Assembly (NCBI GenBank): GCA_045863855.1
Contig: BTVV01000152.1
Coordinates: forward strand, 1 to 13,318
Reading direction: 5' to 3'
DNA: 13,318 nt
From: Planctomycetota bacterium
Lineage (GTDB): Bacteria > Planctomycetota > SZUA-567 > H5-PLA8
In this document: positions 1 through 7,792 of the stretch, in pieces
Position numbering within the stretch: the stretch's first letter is position 1
How the letters are laid out: each line of letters opens with the position of its first letter
Notes under the pieces: model-generated
What the model was told of the DNA's origin: nothing
Seen by the model: only the letters and a program-made list of their open reading frames with translations
The model's database searches: none
Program-made: the position numbers and the translations under genes

Positions 1-103
1 GTCGGGCCCTCAGGAGGGGTGCGGGCGCCCCCTCCTCTCAGTCTCTGTAAAATAAATCCCCCGACCGGGCGGGGGGGGGCCGCGCGGACCCCCCCCCCAC
101 GCC
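1..103. repeat. GC-rich palindromic region with two adjacent stem-loops (REP-like or terminator-like)
   Basis: AGGAGGGG (12-19) pairs with CCCCTCCT (29-36); GTCGGG (1-6) pairs with CCCGAC (60-65); G9 (71-79) pairs with C10 (89-98), flanked by GGCG/CGCC. Function is not determinable here. Confidence 0.55.
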
Positions 104-122
104 TGTTTAAGGCAGGAGCGAT

Positions 123-857
123 ATGAGCACACTGGACGATTTTGTACGGACAGCCGAAGACATTCTCAAAACGTACGGTACGCAGCCGGCGGTGGCTGGT
201 GCGATCCTGAAGGCGGCCAGTTCGGCGGCCCTGAAGGTCCACGGCGTTTCGGATGTGATCGTGAGCGGGTACGACCGTGTAACGCTGGTGGTGCAAGGCA
301 CGTGCGAAGATCACGCCAAAGTGGGCGGCGAGTACGTGACTGTACACCATCGGTCGCTGGACCTGCGAGTGGCCGGATTGGACACAAACGGCCAGGTACA
401 AGCGGCGAAGGAACTGGCGCGGGCGCTTGCGGAATTCGAGCGCTTAGGGGATGGCGCTTACGTCTGGATTGTACCGGATGGCTACATGGCGGCGCTTTCC
501 GAGCGCGAAAAGCGCTGGGACCGGGAAGGCGGCGGGTACTTCTCGCATGAATCGATGTGCGTTCAGAATACGGGAAAGCGTGCGACGCGCTGCGAACTCT
601 TCATCTACTTCGAACCTGCCGGGCGTGAAGTGCTGCGGCATGAGTTCGAGATTCCTGCCGAGCGGAGCATCCATCTGCGTCTGGATAAGCTGCCTGTGCG
701 GCACGGTGAGCCGTTCGTGCCAAAGGGCGTACCGGTGGGCTATAAGATTGTGAGTCACAATGCGCCGGTGGTCGTACAGGGCAGCCGCATTCTGACGAGC
801 GGGAAAGACAGCGAGTTCGCGAGTTTCGGCACCACGATGGCGTGGGCGCCTTCGTAA
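123..857 (+). CDS. Sensory rhodopsin transducer (ASRT)-family domain protein with ~110-aa N-terminal extension
   Basis: SD AGGAG at 114-118. Residues ~111-244 follow the ASRT pattern as I recall it: GAYVWIVPDGY, SHESMCVQNTG, IYF, IPAERSIHLRLDKL, PVVVQGSRI, TTMAW (cf. GRTCWAIAEGY, SHETVCILNAG, IYY, VPARRTKHVRFNDL, PIVVQHTRL, STIAY). Confidence 0.85.
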   Translation: MSTLDDFVRTAEDILKTYGTQPAVAGAILKAASSAALKVHGVSDVIVSGYDRVTLVVQGTCEDHAKVGGEYVTVHHRSLDLRVAGLDTNGQVQAAKELARALAEFERLGDGAYVWIVPDGYMAALSEREKRWDREGGGYFSHESMCVQNTGKRATRCELFIYFEPAGREVLRHEFEIPAERSIHLRLDKLPVRHGEPFVPKGVPVGYKIVSHNAPVVVQGSRILTSGKDSEFASFGTTMAWAPS

Positions 858-874
858 GCTTCCAAGGATAGCGC

Positions 875-1552
875 ATGGGACAGCGGTTGTTTGCGTTCAC
901 GGTGGAAGCGCAGCCCGCGGATGGCTGGCCGCGGCTGGAGGCGGCCCTCGCCAGCGCGCGGCGCGGTCCGCTCGTTCCGGGCGGCGTGTGCTGGGATGCG
1001 GCCGGCATCCGACATGCGATGAATGCGCTAGGCCGGGCAGGTCTTGCATCCATTTGGGTTCATACCGGCGCTCGAGTCTGCGGCGATCCGCGGGCGGTAA
1101 CCTTAGAAGCCGAAAACGGCCGCTCAGTGCTCTCCCCGGCCGAACGCTGCGGCCACTTAGACGAACTGGCTAAGGGGAACTGGGCGGAAGCGGCGCATGC
1201 GCTATTACGCAACGAGCCCTGGGATGCGTTTTTCCTTCGCGTTACGGATACGGATGCCGCGGGCGATTCCGCGCTGGCTCGAATCGTGCAAGGACTTTCG
1301 CCGGACATCGGCGTATTCGGCTTTATCGGCGTTCAGGCGTATTTGCGTACGCGCTCGTCAGATGCCAGTCCGCTGAGTGTCGCGCGAGCCGAATCGTTGT
1401 TGCCTACCGCGTTGCGCTTACTAGATTTGCCGCTCCCCGGCGCACTCGAAGCGCTGGCGATGGACTTGAACGCCGCGCCGGCCGCTGAGGGGTACTCCCG
1501 CGAAGACGAGGAGGCGATCCAAGCGCGCTTGGAGGACTTGGGCTACTTGTAG
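875..1552 (+). CDS. Short, degenerate alkaline phosphatase/nucleotide pyrophosphatase-superfamily-like protein (probably non-catalytic)
   Basis: SD AAGGA at 864-868. C-terminal YSREDEEAIQARLEDLGYL tail typical of AlkP/NPP/sulfatase-like proteins; LLPTALRLLDLPLP resembles the DxAPTxLxLLGxxxP motif; EPWDAFFLRVTDTD resembles WDxFxVxFxxxD. No SDHG motif; only 225 aa. Confidence 0.6.
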   Translation: MGQRLFAFTVEAQPADGWPRLEAALASARRGPLVPGGVCWDAAGIRHAMNALGRAGLASIWVHTGARVCGDPRAVTLEAENGRSVLSPAERCGHLDELAKGNWAEAAHALLRNEPWDAFFLRVTDTDAAGDSALARIVQGLSPDIGVFGFIGVQAYLRTRSSDASPLSVARAESLLPTALRLLDLPLPGALEALAMDLNAAPAAEGYSREDEEAIQARLEDLGYL

Positions 1553-1623
1553 ACGTACTTTTTTCCTGGTCGCCTTCCGCTTCCGGCTGTACGAAGGACA
1601 GTACACGAGCATGGGAGGCCGAG

Positions 1624-2685
1624 ATGGATCCGCTGCAGCCGCGCCCAGACCTTTACAATGTTACGTTCGCCGCCGATTCGTTTAACGGTATGCCGCACCG
1701 AAGGCTGGGCCGCTCGGGGCTGCGCGTTTCGAACGTAGGGCTGGGCACCTGGAAATTCGGCTTTCCGGATAGCGGTGACGGGTCGCGTGTGGACGAGCCC
1801 ACGGCATATCAGATTCTCGACCGCGCTATCGTGCTAGGCGTCACGTTTTGGGATACGGCCAACCGCTACAACAACGCATCCGGCAACAGCGAACGCATCT
1901 TGGGCCGCTGGCTGCGCCAAAACTCAGATCAGCGCCGCAATGTGGTTTTGGCCACCAAGTGCTACGGCGGGATGGATGGGTCTTCGCCGAATCATTCGCG
2001 CCTGTCGCGGACGAACATCCTCGAATCTGTATACGCCAGCCTGGCACGGTTGCAGGTCGAGTACCTGGACGTGCTGTACTTCCACCGTTTCGATGCCGAA
2101 ACTCCGGCGGATGAAAGCTTGTCCGCGATCGACGACCTTGTGCGGCGGGACTTGGTGCGCTACTTCGCGGTCTCCAATTTCTCGGCCGATCAGCTTTCCC
2201 TATACCGGGCGCTGGAGCGTGACTTTGGCCCACGCGTGCGCGTGACGGCGGTTCAGAACCGCTTCGATATTCTGACGGACGAAGACGAAGCGCATCGCGG
2301 GGTGCTCGATTACTGCGCACGCCATGAGATTTCGTATGTGGCCTACAGCCCGCTCGCTAAAGGATTGCTGACCGAGCGCTACCTGGAGCCGTCGAAGGCC
2401 GGCCCCGGTGACCGACTGTATGACGAAGGCGAACTCGCCCGCCGCGCCGATTCGAAGACGCTCGAGATTCTGCAGCAACTAAGCGGTTGCGCGCGCGAAT
2501 GGAACCTCAAGCTTGGACAACTGGCGTTGGCCTACATGCTCACCTTGCCCGGCATGGGTCCGCTGATCCCATCTTCCTCATCGATCGAACAACTCGAAGC
2601 CAATGCGGCGGCGGGAAAAGTCGCGCTTAGCGCCGAACAAGCCTCACGCGTTCGCGAGATCCTGGCCGAGCGGTCGCCGGCATGA
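1624..2685 (+). CDS. Aldo/keto reductase
   Basis: SD GGAGG at 1614-1618. RRLGRSGLRVSNVGLGT, WDTANRY (catalytic D/Y), LATK (K), YFHRFD (H), VSNF, YSPLAKGLLT: full AKR tetrad and cofactor motifs. Confidence 0.95.
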   Translation: MDPLQPRPDLYNVTFAADSFNGMPHRRLGRSGLRVSNVGLGTWKFGFPDSGDGSRVDEPTAYQILDRAIVLGVTFWDTANRYNNASGNSERILGRWLRQNSDQRRNVVLATKCYGGMDGSSPNHSRLSRTNILESVYASLARLQVEYLDVLYFHRFDAETPADESLSAIDDLVRRDLVRYFAVSNFSADQLSLYRALERDFGPRVRVTAVQNRFDILTDEDEAHRGVLDYCARHEISYVAYSPLAKGLLTERYLEPSKAGPGDRLYDEGELARRADSKTLEILQQLSGCAREWNLKLGQLALAYMLTLPGMGPLIPSSSSIEQLEANAAAGKVALSAEQASRVREILAERSPA

Positions 2686-3689
2686 GAGTACGGGAACTGG
2701 GTCTGCTCGCGCTGATTTTTGCGCTGGCGAGCGCAAGGGCCCAGGAAGCCTCCGCCGTTGCATCGGCCCCGCTGCTGAGGTTTGAAATAAAGGACCGCCG
2801 CCTGCAACTGGCGCCTTGGAGCGCCGAACAAGCCAAGGATCCCGGGGCTGCCCTGAAAGCTTGGGTCCTTGAGCGGGAAGGGCAGGCCGAACTGGGCGAA
2901 GAACGTCTCGGAAACAAGAGTCTGGTCGTCTCGGCCAGATCCGGCCGCCACGAGTATGTACTCGAAGTAGAATCCAACATTACGGGAATTCGTTTACAGC
3001 GGAATGCGCTCGGCGAAACGGCGAGCCCCTGGTGTATTGAGGCCTCAAGCGCCCGCCAGAGCCGCATTCGGCTCTTGATCGACTTACCCGGTCAGAATCG
3101 CCGCGCGGTCTACGAAGAGGGCCGGGGACTCACGCTCGTCGCCGAAGGAAAAGAAGAACACTACGAAGCACCGGATTTCCTGACGCTGCTCATGCGAGAT
3201 ACGGCGCGCGTGCAGATTAATCTGCTGCGCCCATTCACCGATGCCGGGATCGGGCTGGCTCCGAGCGCCTATTGGCCGCCCGCCATGGCCATTGCCGTGA
3301 CCGGTTTTACTCCGCCCAACCCGGAGTTGGTTCCCCGGCTTGAAGCGCTTGTTCAAAGGCTTCAAAGCGAGAAACGTGAAGATCGCGATGCCGCCACGGC
3401 CGAGTTGATCAAGCTGTATCCGCTGGGCGTTAAGTTCCTCGACGATGCCGCGGCCAAGGCTGAAGCTCCCGAGTCGAAGCTTCGTCTGCAGCGCGTACTT
3501 TTGGCGCATCCGACGATTCAGCAACTTAAGCCTTGGGTCGCCGAACAAAAGTTACACGAAGACCGCGCGTATCTGATGGACCTGTTCGTGAATGCCCCGC
3601 TTTTTAAAGCTGCCGCGCGTGCGCGCTTGGCGGAACTGCTGGGGAAGGACTACGGGGACGAGCCTGCGGCATGGCCCAAGCCGGAATAG
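2682..3689 (+). CDS. Hypothetical exported protein with C-terminal HEAT-like helices
   Basis: ATGA overlap with the AKR stop. Signal peptide-like MRVRELGLLALIFALASARA|QE. LVQRLQSEKREDRDAATAELIKL...PESKLRLQRVL resembles a HEAT-like helical motif common in planctomycete proteins. Confidence 0.75.
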   Translation: MRVRELGLLALIFALASARAQEASAVASAPLLRFEIKDRRLQLAPWSAEQAKDPGAALKAWVLEREGQAELGEERLGNKSLVVSARSGRHEYVLEVESNITGIRLQRNALGETASPWCIEASSARQSRIRLLIDLPGQNRRAVYEEGRGLTLVAEGKEEHYEAPDFLTLLMRDTARVQINLLRPFTDAGIGLAPSAYWPPAMAIAVTGFTPPNPELVPRLEALVQRLQSEKREDRDAATAELIKLYPLGVKFLDDAAAKAEAPESKLRLQRVLLAHPTIQQLKPWVAEQKLHEDRAYLMDLFVNAPLFKAAARARLAELLGKDYGDEPAAWPKPE

Positions 3690-3695
3690 CAGGCG

Positions 3696-4277
3696 TTATT
3701 CGGCGTTCGTCCAGGTGGTGTCCGGGTTGTAGGCGGTCAGGTGCCCTGTGTCCGCCAGGCCACGGTCCTTCTGATAGATCAAACCTACCTGCCCGATCTG
3801 GAACGAATTGCGCCCGGTGCTGTCGTAGGACTGTGGAATCGCGCTGAGTCCGTATCCGCCCAAAAGGTTGGTTCCCGACAAATAGGACTTGGAGCCCCCC
3901 GATACGTTGGCTCCCTGGCCCGTTAGCACGCGAAATACGTATCCGCCCTTCGGGGTGCTGGCGGTTGGATCGCCTTCCGCCACGGCGATCGACTTGTCCA
4001 CCAATTGAATATCGCCCGACCCCGAAGTGAGTTCGAACAGGCTGGCGTCCCCGCGCAGCGCCGTCGCATACTCCAGGACGCCGTCGCCGTCCCAGTCGGA
4101 TCGATGGTAGATCTCCTGGGCTTCCGCGTACGCTTTACACGACCCGAGGCACGCCACTTCGTTGGCGGCCATCTTGGATCGGACCATATTAGGAACGGCA
4201 ATCGAGGCCACAATGGCGATGACGGCCACTACAATCATCAGTTCGATCAACGTAAAGCCGCGCTTGTGGGTCAGCAT
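3696..4277 (-). CDS. Prepilin-type N-terminal cleavage/methylation protein with DUF2950-like C-terminal domain
   Basis: KRG|FTLIELMIVVAVIAIVASIAVP class III signal peptide with E5. NE...AYAEAQ..Y...DWDGDGVLEYA and GYVFRVLTGQG...GG...Y...GGYGLSAIP..Y..TG..SF...G.IYQKD.G match the C-terminal half of DUF2950. ATG 4277 preferred over TTG 4289, which directly abuts the SD-like GGGGAG. Confidence 0.85.
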   Translation of the reverse strand: MLTHKRGFTLIELMIVVAVIAIVASIAVPNMVRSKMAANEVACLGSCKAYAEAQEIYHRSDWDGDGVLEYATALRGDASLFELTSGSGDIQLVDKSIAVAEGDPTASTPKGGYVFRVLTGQGANVSGGSKSYLSGTNLLGGYGLSAIPQSYDSTGRNSFQIGQVGLIYQKDRGLADTGHLTAYNPDTTWTNAE

Positions 4278-4298
4278 GCAAGTACCCAATCTCCCCGG

Positions 4299-5114
4299 TT
4301 AGGTGTTTAGCAATCGCTTCAGGCCTTCGGCGTAGTTTTTCAGAACCGGCTCGGCCCTTCCGCCGTCGCCGACCTTGTGAATCACTTCCACCGAGGCGTA
4401 AAGGTCCGCGCCGGCCCGTTGCAGCAGACGTAGCGGTTCGGCGTGATCGATTTCCCCTTCGCCCAACAGGACCGTTTCCATCTTCAGTCCATCGGGCGTG
4501 TAGCGGCCGTCGTGTACATGCAGGTGCTTCACGCGTGCGCCGAGTTTGACGAAGCTTTCTGTGGGCGACTCGAGAAAGCGCTGCGTGTGCATCAGATCCC
4601 ACAGCGCAGCGAAAGCCGGGTGATCCACGGCGTCCACCACTGCGGCCACCATGTTGCTGCGGCACCAAGCGTCGTGGGATTCGAGGCAGACCGTCACGCC
4701 GCGGTCGCGCGCGGCGTCGAGGACGGGGCGTACCGTATCGGCCGCGCGGCGCACGATGCCGCGCAATTCGCCTCCTCCGAATGCTCCGCCGAAAATGCGC
4801 ACGCGCCCCGCGCCGATGTCGCCGGCCAAGTCGATATACTTGCGCAGGGTTTCGGCATGCTGGTGCCGCTCGGCTTCATCGTCGCCGGCAATGCGTACGC
4901 CCGTGGCTATGCAGCAGATGGCCAGTCCTTCGTCGGCGAAGCGCTTGCGGATGGCCTTGCGCTGGTCGGCCGTGAGCGTCAACTCCACTCCGCCTTTATG
5001 CCCCCACTCGGGGCGCGGCTCGTAGCCGGCATAGCCGTACTTCTTCATCGCTGCGATGGTTTCGTCCAGCGTCCAATCGGGGCAAACGCTGCTCATTGTG
5101 GCCAAGCGGATCAT
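4299..5114 (-). CDS. Sugar phosphate isomerase/epimerase family (xylose isomerase-like TIM barrel)
   Basis: GYAGYEPR, RVRIFGG, and putative metal ligands in LESHD, WDLMH, HLHVHD, SVEV. Start set to ATG 5114 with GAGG SD upstream; the longer start overlaps the SDR gene. Confidence 0.9.
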   Translation of the reverse strand: MIRLATMSSVCPDWTLDETIAAMKKYGYAGYEPRPEWGHKGGVELTLTADQRKAIRKRFADEGLAICCIATGVRIAGDDEAERHQHAETLRKYIDLAGDIGAGRVRIFGGAFGGGELRGIVRRAADTVRPVLDAARDRGVTVCLESHDAWCRSNMVAAVVDAVDHPAFAALWDLMHTQRFLESPTESFVKLGARVKHLHVHDGRYTPDGLKMETVLLGEGEIDHAEPLRLLQRAGADLYASVEVIHKVGDGGRAEPVLKNYAEGLKRLLNT

Positions 5115-5143
5115 GATGGTTTCCTCGTGCTTTCGTCGACCGT

Positions 5144-5950
5144 TTAACCGGGCCAAGACTGCAAGCCGCCGTCCACCCGGATCACCTGCCCGCTGATGTG
5201 TGCGGAGAGCGGACTGGCGAGAAACGCAATCGCATCGGCGACCTCTTCGGGCTTTCCAAAGCGTAACAGCGGTGTGGACTCGTCCAAGAACTTGGGGTCT
5301 ACCGTTCGCGTGGCCTTGAAGCGGGCGGTCACCGTCGCTCCGGGGCTAACGGCGTTCACGCGGACGTTGTGCTCGCGGCACTGGTTGGCCAGCGTGCGCG
5401 TGTAATGCACGATGGCTGCTTTGGCCACCGCGTAGGCGCCGCTGTTGACGTGGCCGGTATGCGCGTCGCCGCTGCCGATATTGATCACCGCGCCGCGCTT
5501 GCGCTCGAGCATGCCCGGCACCACGGCGCGGCAACAGAGCATCGTTCCGAATAGGTTACGGTTGAAAATCGCCTGCACGTCTTCCCAGGCCACAAACAGA
5601 TTCTCGTTCGGGTTGGGCTTCCCGCCTTTGGCCGCAATATCGCCGCCGGCCACATTGGCCAGGATCGAGATCGGTCCCAGCGCGGCTTCTGTACGCTTGA
5701 CCAGCTCGACGATGGCTTCTGGATTCCCGATGTCGCCGGTGACGCCCACGGTTCTGACCCCAAAGCGCGTCAATCGGGCGGCCACTTCGTCCAGATTCTT
5801 CGCTTCGCCGAATTCGGCCGGGGCCTCCTGCGAGATATCGTGCACCGCGACATGCGCGCCCCACTCGGCCAGCCGGGAAACCACGGCATGGCCCAGCCCT
5901 CGGCCAGAGCCCGTCACCAGCGCCACTTCACCCTTGAGAATCTGATCCAT
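5144..5950 (-). CDS. Short-chain dehydrogenase/reductase (classical SDR, probably NAD-preferring)
   Basis: VTGSGRGLG, acidic residue after beta2 (HDIS), NVAG, NIGS, YAVAK (YxxxK), VRVNAVSPG, ISGQVIRVDGG. Confidence 0.95.
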   Translation of the reverse strand: MDQILKGEVALVTGSGRGLGHAVVSRLAEWGAHVAVHDISQEAPAEFGEAKNLDEVAARLTRFGVRTVGVTGDIGNPEAIVELVKRTEAALGPISILANVAGGDIAAKGGKPNPNENLFVAWEDVQAIFNRNLFGTMLCCRAVVPGMLERKRGAVINIGSGDAHTGHVNSGAYAVAKAAIVHYTRTLANQCREHNVRVNAVSPGATVTARFKATRTVDPKFLDESTPLLRFGKPEEVADAIAFLASPLSAHISGQVIRVDGGLQSWPG

Positions 5951-5968
5951 CGCATTCGTTCCTTAACG

Positions 5969-6994
5969 TTACGGCTTCAGCGCGATTTTGACCCGGTCAC
6001 CCGGATCGTTGGCCAGCCGGTCGAAACCGGCTTGGCCTTCTTCCAGCGGCAGGATATCGATCCAGCGCTCCAGCTTGATCTGCCCGCCCGCCACGAGGTT
6101 GAATGCTTCGAGGAAGTCGCGGTTCGTGTAGGCGTAGCTGCACTGCAAGCGGATCTCTCGGCGCACAAGATCGGTGAAATCGAACTGCGTCTCGGGGTGG
6201 TCGATGCCCAGCAATAGGGCGGTCCCGCCGCGTACCAATGCCGCGGCCGATTGCTGGCGGCAGATCGGGAATCCCACGGCCTCGAAACCCAGGTCTACAC
6301 CCCGGCCGCCGGTGAGTTTTTTGATCTCGGCGACGACATCCTGGGACTTGGGATCCAGCGTGGTCTCGGCGCCCAGTTCCTTGGCCACGGCCGCGCGCTT
6401 GGAGTTGGGCTCGATCACCGCGACGACGCGTATTCCGCGCAGGCGCGCGATGACAAGCGTCGCGATGCCCAGCGTCCCGCCGCCCCAGATCGCTGCGGTG
6501 GGAAACAGGCCGGCGTGAACCGGCGCATGCCCGACCAAGTGCACCGCATTGGCCAAGGGTTCGATCATCACGGCATCGCCTTCGCCGACGCTTGCCGGCA
6601 GCGGCAGCACCTGGCGAGCGGGAAGCTTGACGTACTCGGCAAAGGCGCCCGGAACTTGGTCCATACCGATCAGGTACCAGTCGAGACAGACGTTCTGGCG
6701 GCCGGCGCGGCACATTTCGCACTGCCCGCAAGCCACCAGCGGATTGACCGCCACCCGCTGGCCCTTGAGCGCCGGGTCAACGCCCGATCCGCATACGGCC
6801 ACATGGCCGTGGGTCTCGTGCCCCATCACCAGTCCGGGCTGGCGGCGCGGACTGCGGCCCACGAAGCCGTGCATGTCGGAGCCGCAGATGCCCGTCGCGG
6901 CGACCTTGACGAGGACTTCGCCCGCCCCCGCTTGCGGTTGATCCATCCCGCGCAGTTCGACTTTGCGCGTCGCGGCCAAATAAAGCGCTCTCAT
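5969..6994 (-). CDS. Zinc-dependent medium-chain (sugar/polyol) dehydrogenase
   Basis: GICGSDMH, GHE, structural Zn CGQCEMC...C, IEPLA, GGGTLG Rossmann motif. AAGGAG SD at 7001-7006 (minus strand) supports ATG 6994. Confidence 0.95.
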   Translation of the reverse strand: MRALYLAATRKVELRGMDQPQAGAGEVLVKVAATGICGSDMHGFVGRSPRRQPGLVMGHETHGHVAVCGSGVDPALKGQRVAVNPLVACGQCEMCRAGRQNVCLDWYLIGMDQVPGAFAEYVKLPARQVLPLPASVGEGDAVMIEPLANAVHLVGHAPVHAGLFPTAAIWGGGTLGIATLVIARLRGIRVVAVIEPNSKRAAVAKELGAETTLDPKSQDVVAEIKKLTGGRGVDLGFEAVGFPICRQQSAAALVRGGTALLLGIDHPETQFDFTDLVRREIRLQCSYAYTNRDFLEAFNLVAGGQIKLERWIDILPLEEGQAGFDRLANDPGDRVKIALKP

Positions 6995-7016
6995 GTCCGT
7001 CTCCTTGAAAGACAAG

Positions 7017-7787
7017 CTATTGTGCCGTCCAGCCGCCGTCGACGAAGAGCGCGCTCCCGGTTACGAAGCTCGAAGCGTCGCTGGCCAAAAACAGCGCCGC
7101 GCCGGCCAGTTCGTGCAGATCGCCCCAGCGCCCCATCGGAATCTTGGCCACGAAGGCCTGATATTTGGCCGGATCGTTGAGCAGTGGAAGATTCATCTCG
7201 GTCGCGAACGGACCCGGGCAGATCGCGTTGGCCGTTACGCCCTGGGCGGCCCATTCAAGCGCCATGACTTTGGTCAGATTGAGTACCCCGGCTTTGGCCG
7301 AGGCGTACGGCGCGCGTCCCGCAATCGCGATGACCGAGAGAATGGAGCCCAAGTTGATCACGCGGCCCCAACGGCGTTCGCACATGCCTGGAGCAAGCGC
7401 ACGCGCCATCAGCCAAGGCGCCTTCAGGTTGACCGCCAATACCGCATCGAAATCTTCTTCCTTCAATTCGGCAATGCTGCCGCGGATGTTAATGCCGGCG
7501 TTGTTGACCAGAATATCGATGGGGCCGAGGCGCTCCGCCGCCGAAGCGGCGATGCGCTCCACATCGGCGGCCTGGGTCACGTCGCCGGCCAAAGCCAGCG
7601 CTTTACGGCCAGTGCTGGAGGCAATCACTTTTGCGGCGGATTCGACCTGATCGGCGTTGCGCGCGACCAGTGCCACATCCGCGCCGGCCTGCGCCAAGGC
7701 GGTGGCGATCGTTTCGCCCAGGCCCTTGCTGCCGCCGGTGATCAGCGCACGCCGGCCATCGAGCTTGAATCTGTCCAGCACATTCAT
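7017..7787 (-). CDS. Short-chain dehydrogenase/reductase, gluconate 5-dehydrogenase/KduD-like (probably NADP-preferring)
   Basis: [21 protein letters not shown] (basic, NADP-type), [48 protein letters not shown] 7787 avoids overlap with the upstream gene. Confidence 0.93.
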   Translation of the reverse strand: MNVLDRFKLDGRRALITGGSKGLGETIATALAQAGADVALVARNADQVESAAKVIASSTGRKALALAGDVTQAADVERIAASAAERLGPIDILVNNAGINIRGSIAELKEEDFDAVLAVNLKAPWLMARALAPGMCERRWGRVINLGSILSVIAIAGRAPYASAKAGVLNLTKVMALEWAAQGVTANAICPGPFATEMNLPLLNDPAKYQAFVAKIPMGRWGDLHELAGAALFLASDASSFVTGSALFVDGGWTAQ

Positions 7788-7792
7788 CGAGT

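Noticed and set aside
123..857. Light-sensing (sensory rhodopsin) system
   Set aside because: No 7-TM rhodopsin or retinal synthesis gene is in the window, and ASRT homologues commonly occur without rhodopsin. Sequence upstream of position 1 is unseen.
3696..4277. Type IV pilus or T2SS locus
   Set aside because: Single orphan pilin-like gene; no ATPase, platform protein, secretin or prepilin peptidase in the window.
4443..5945. + strand ORFs opposite the isomerase and SDR genes (e.g. 4443-5147, 5445-5945)
   Set aside because: Shadow ORFs with no domain signatures.
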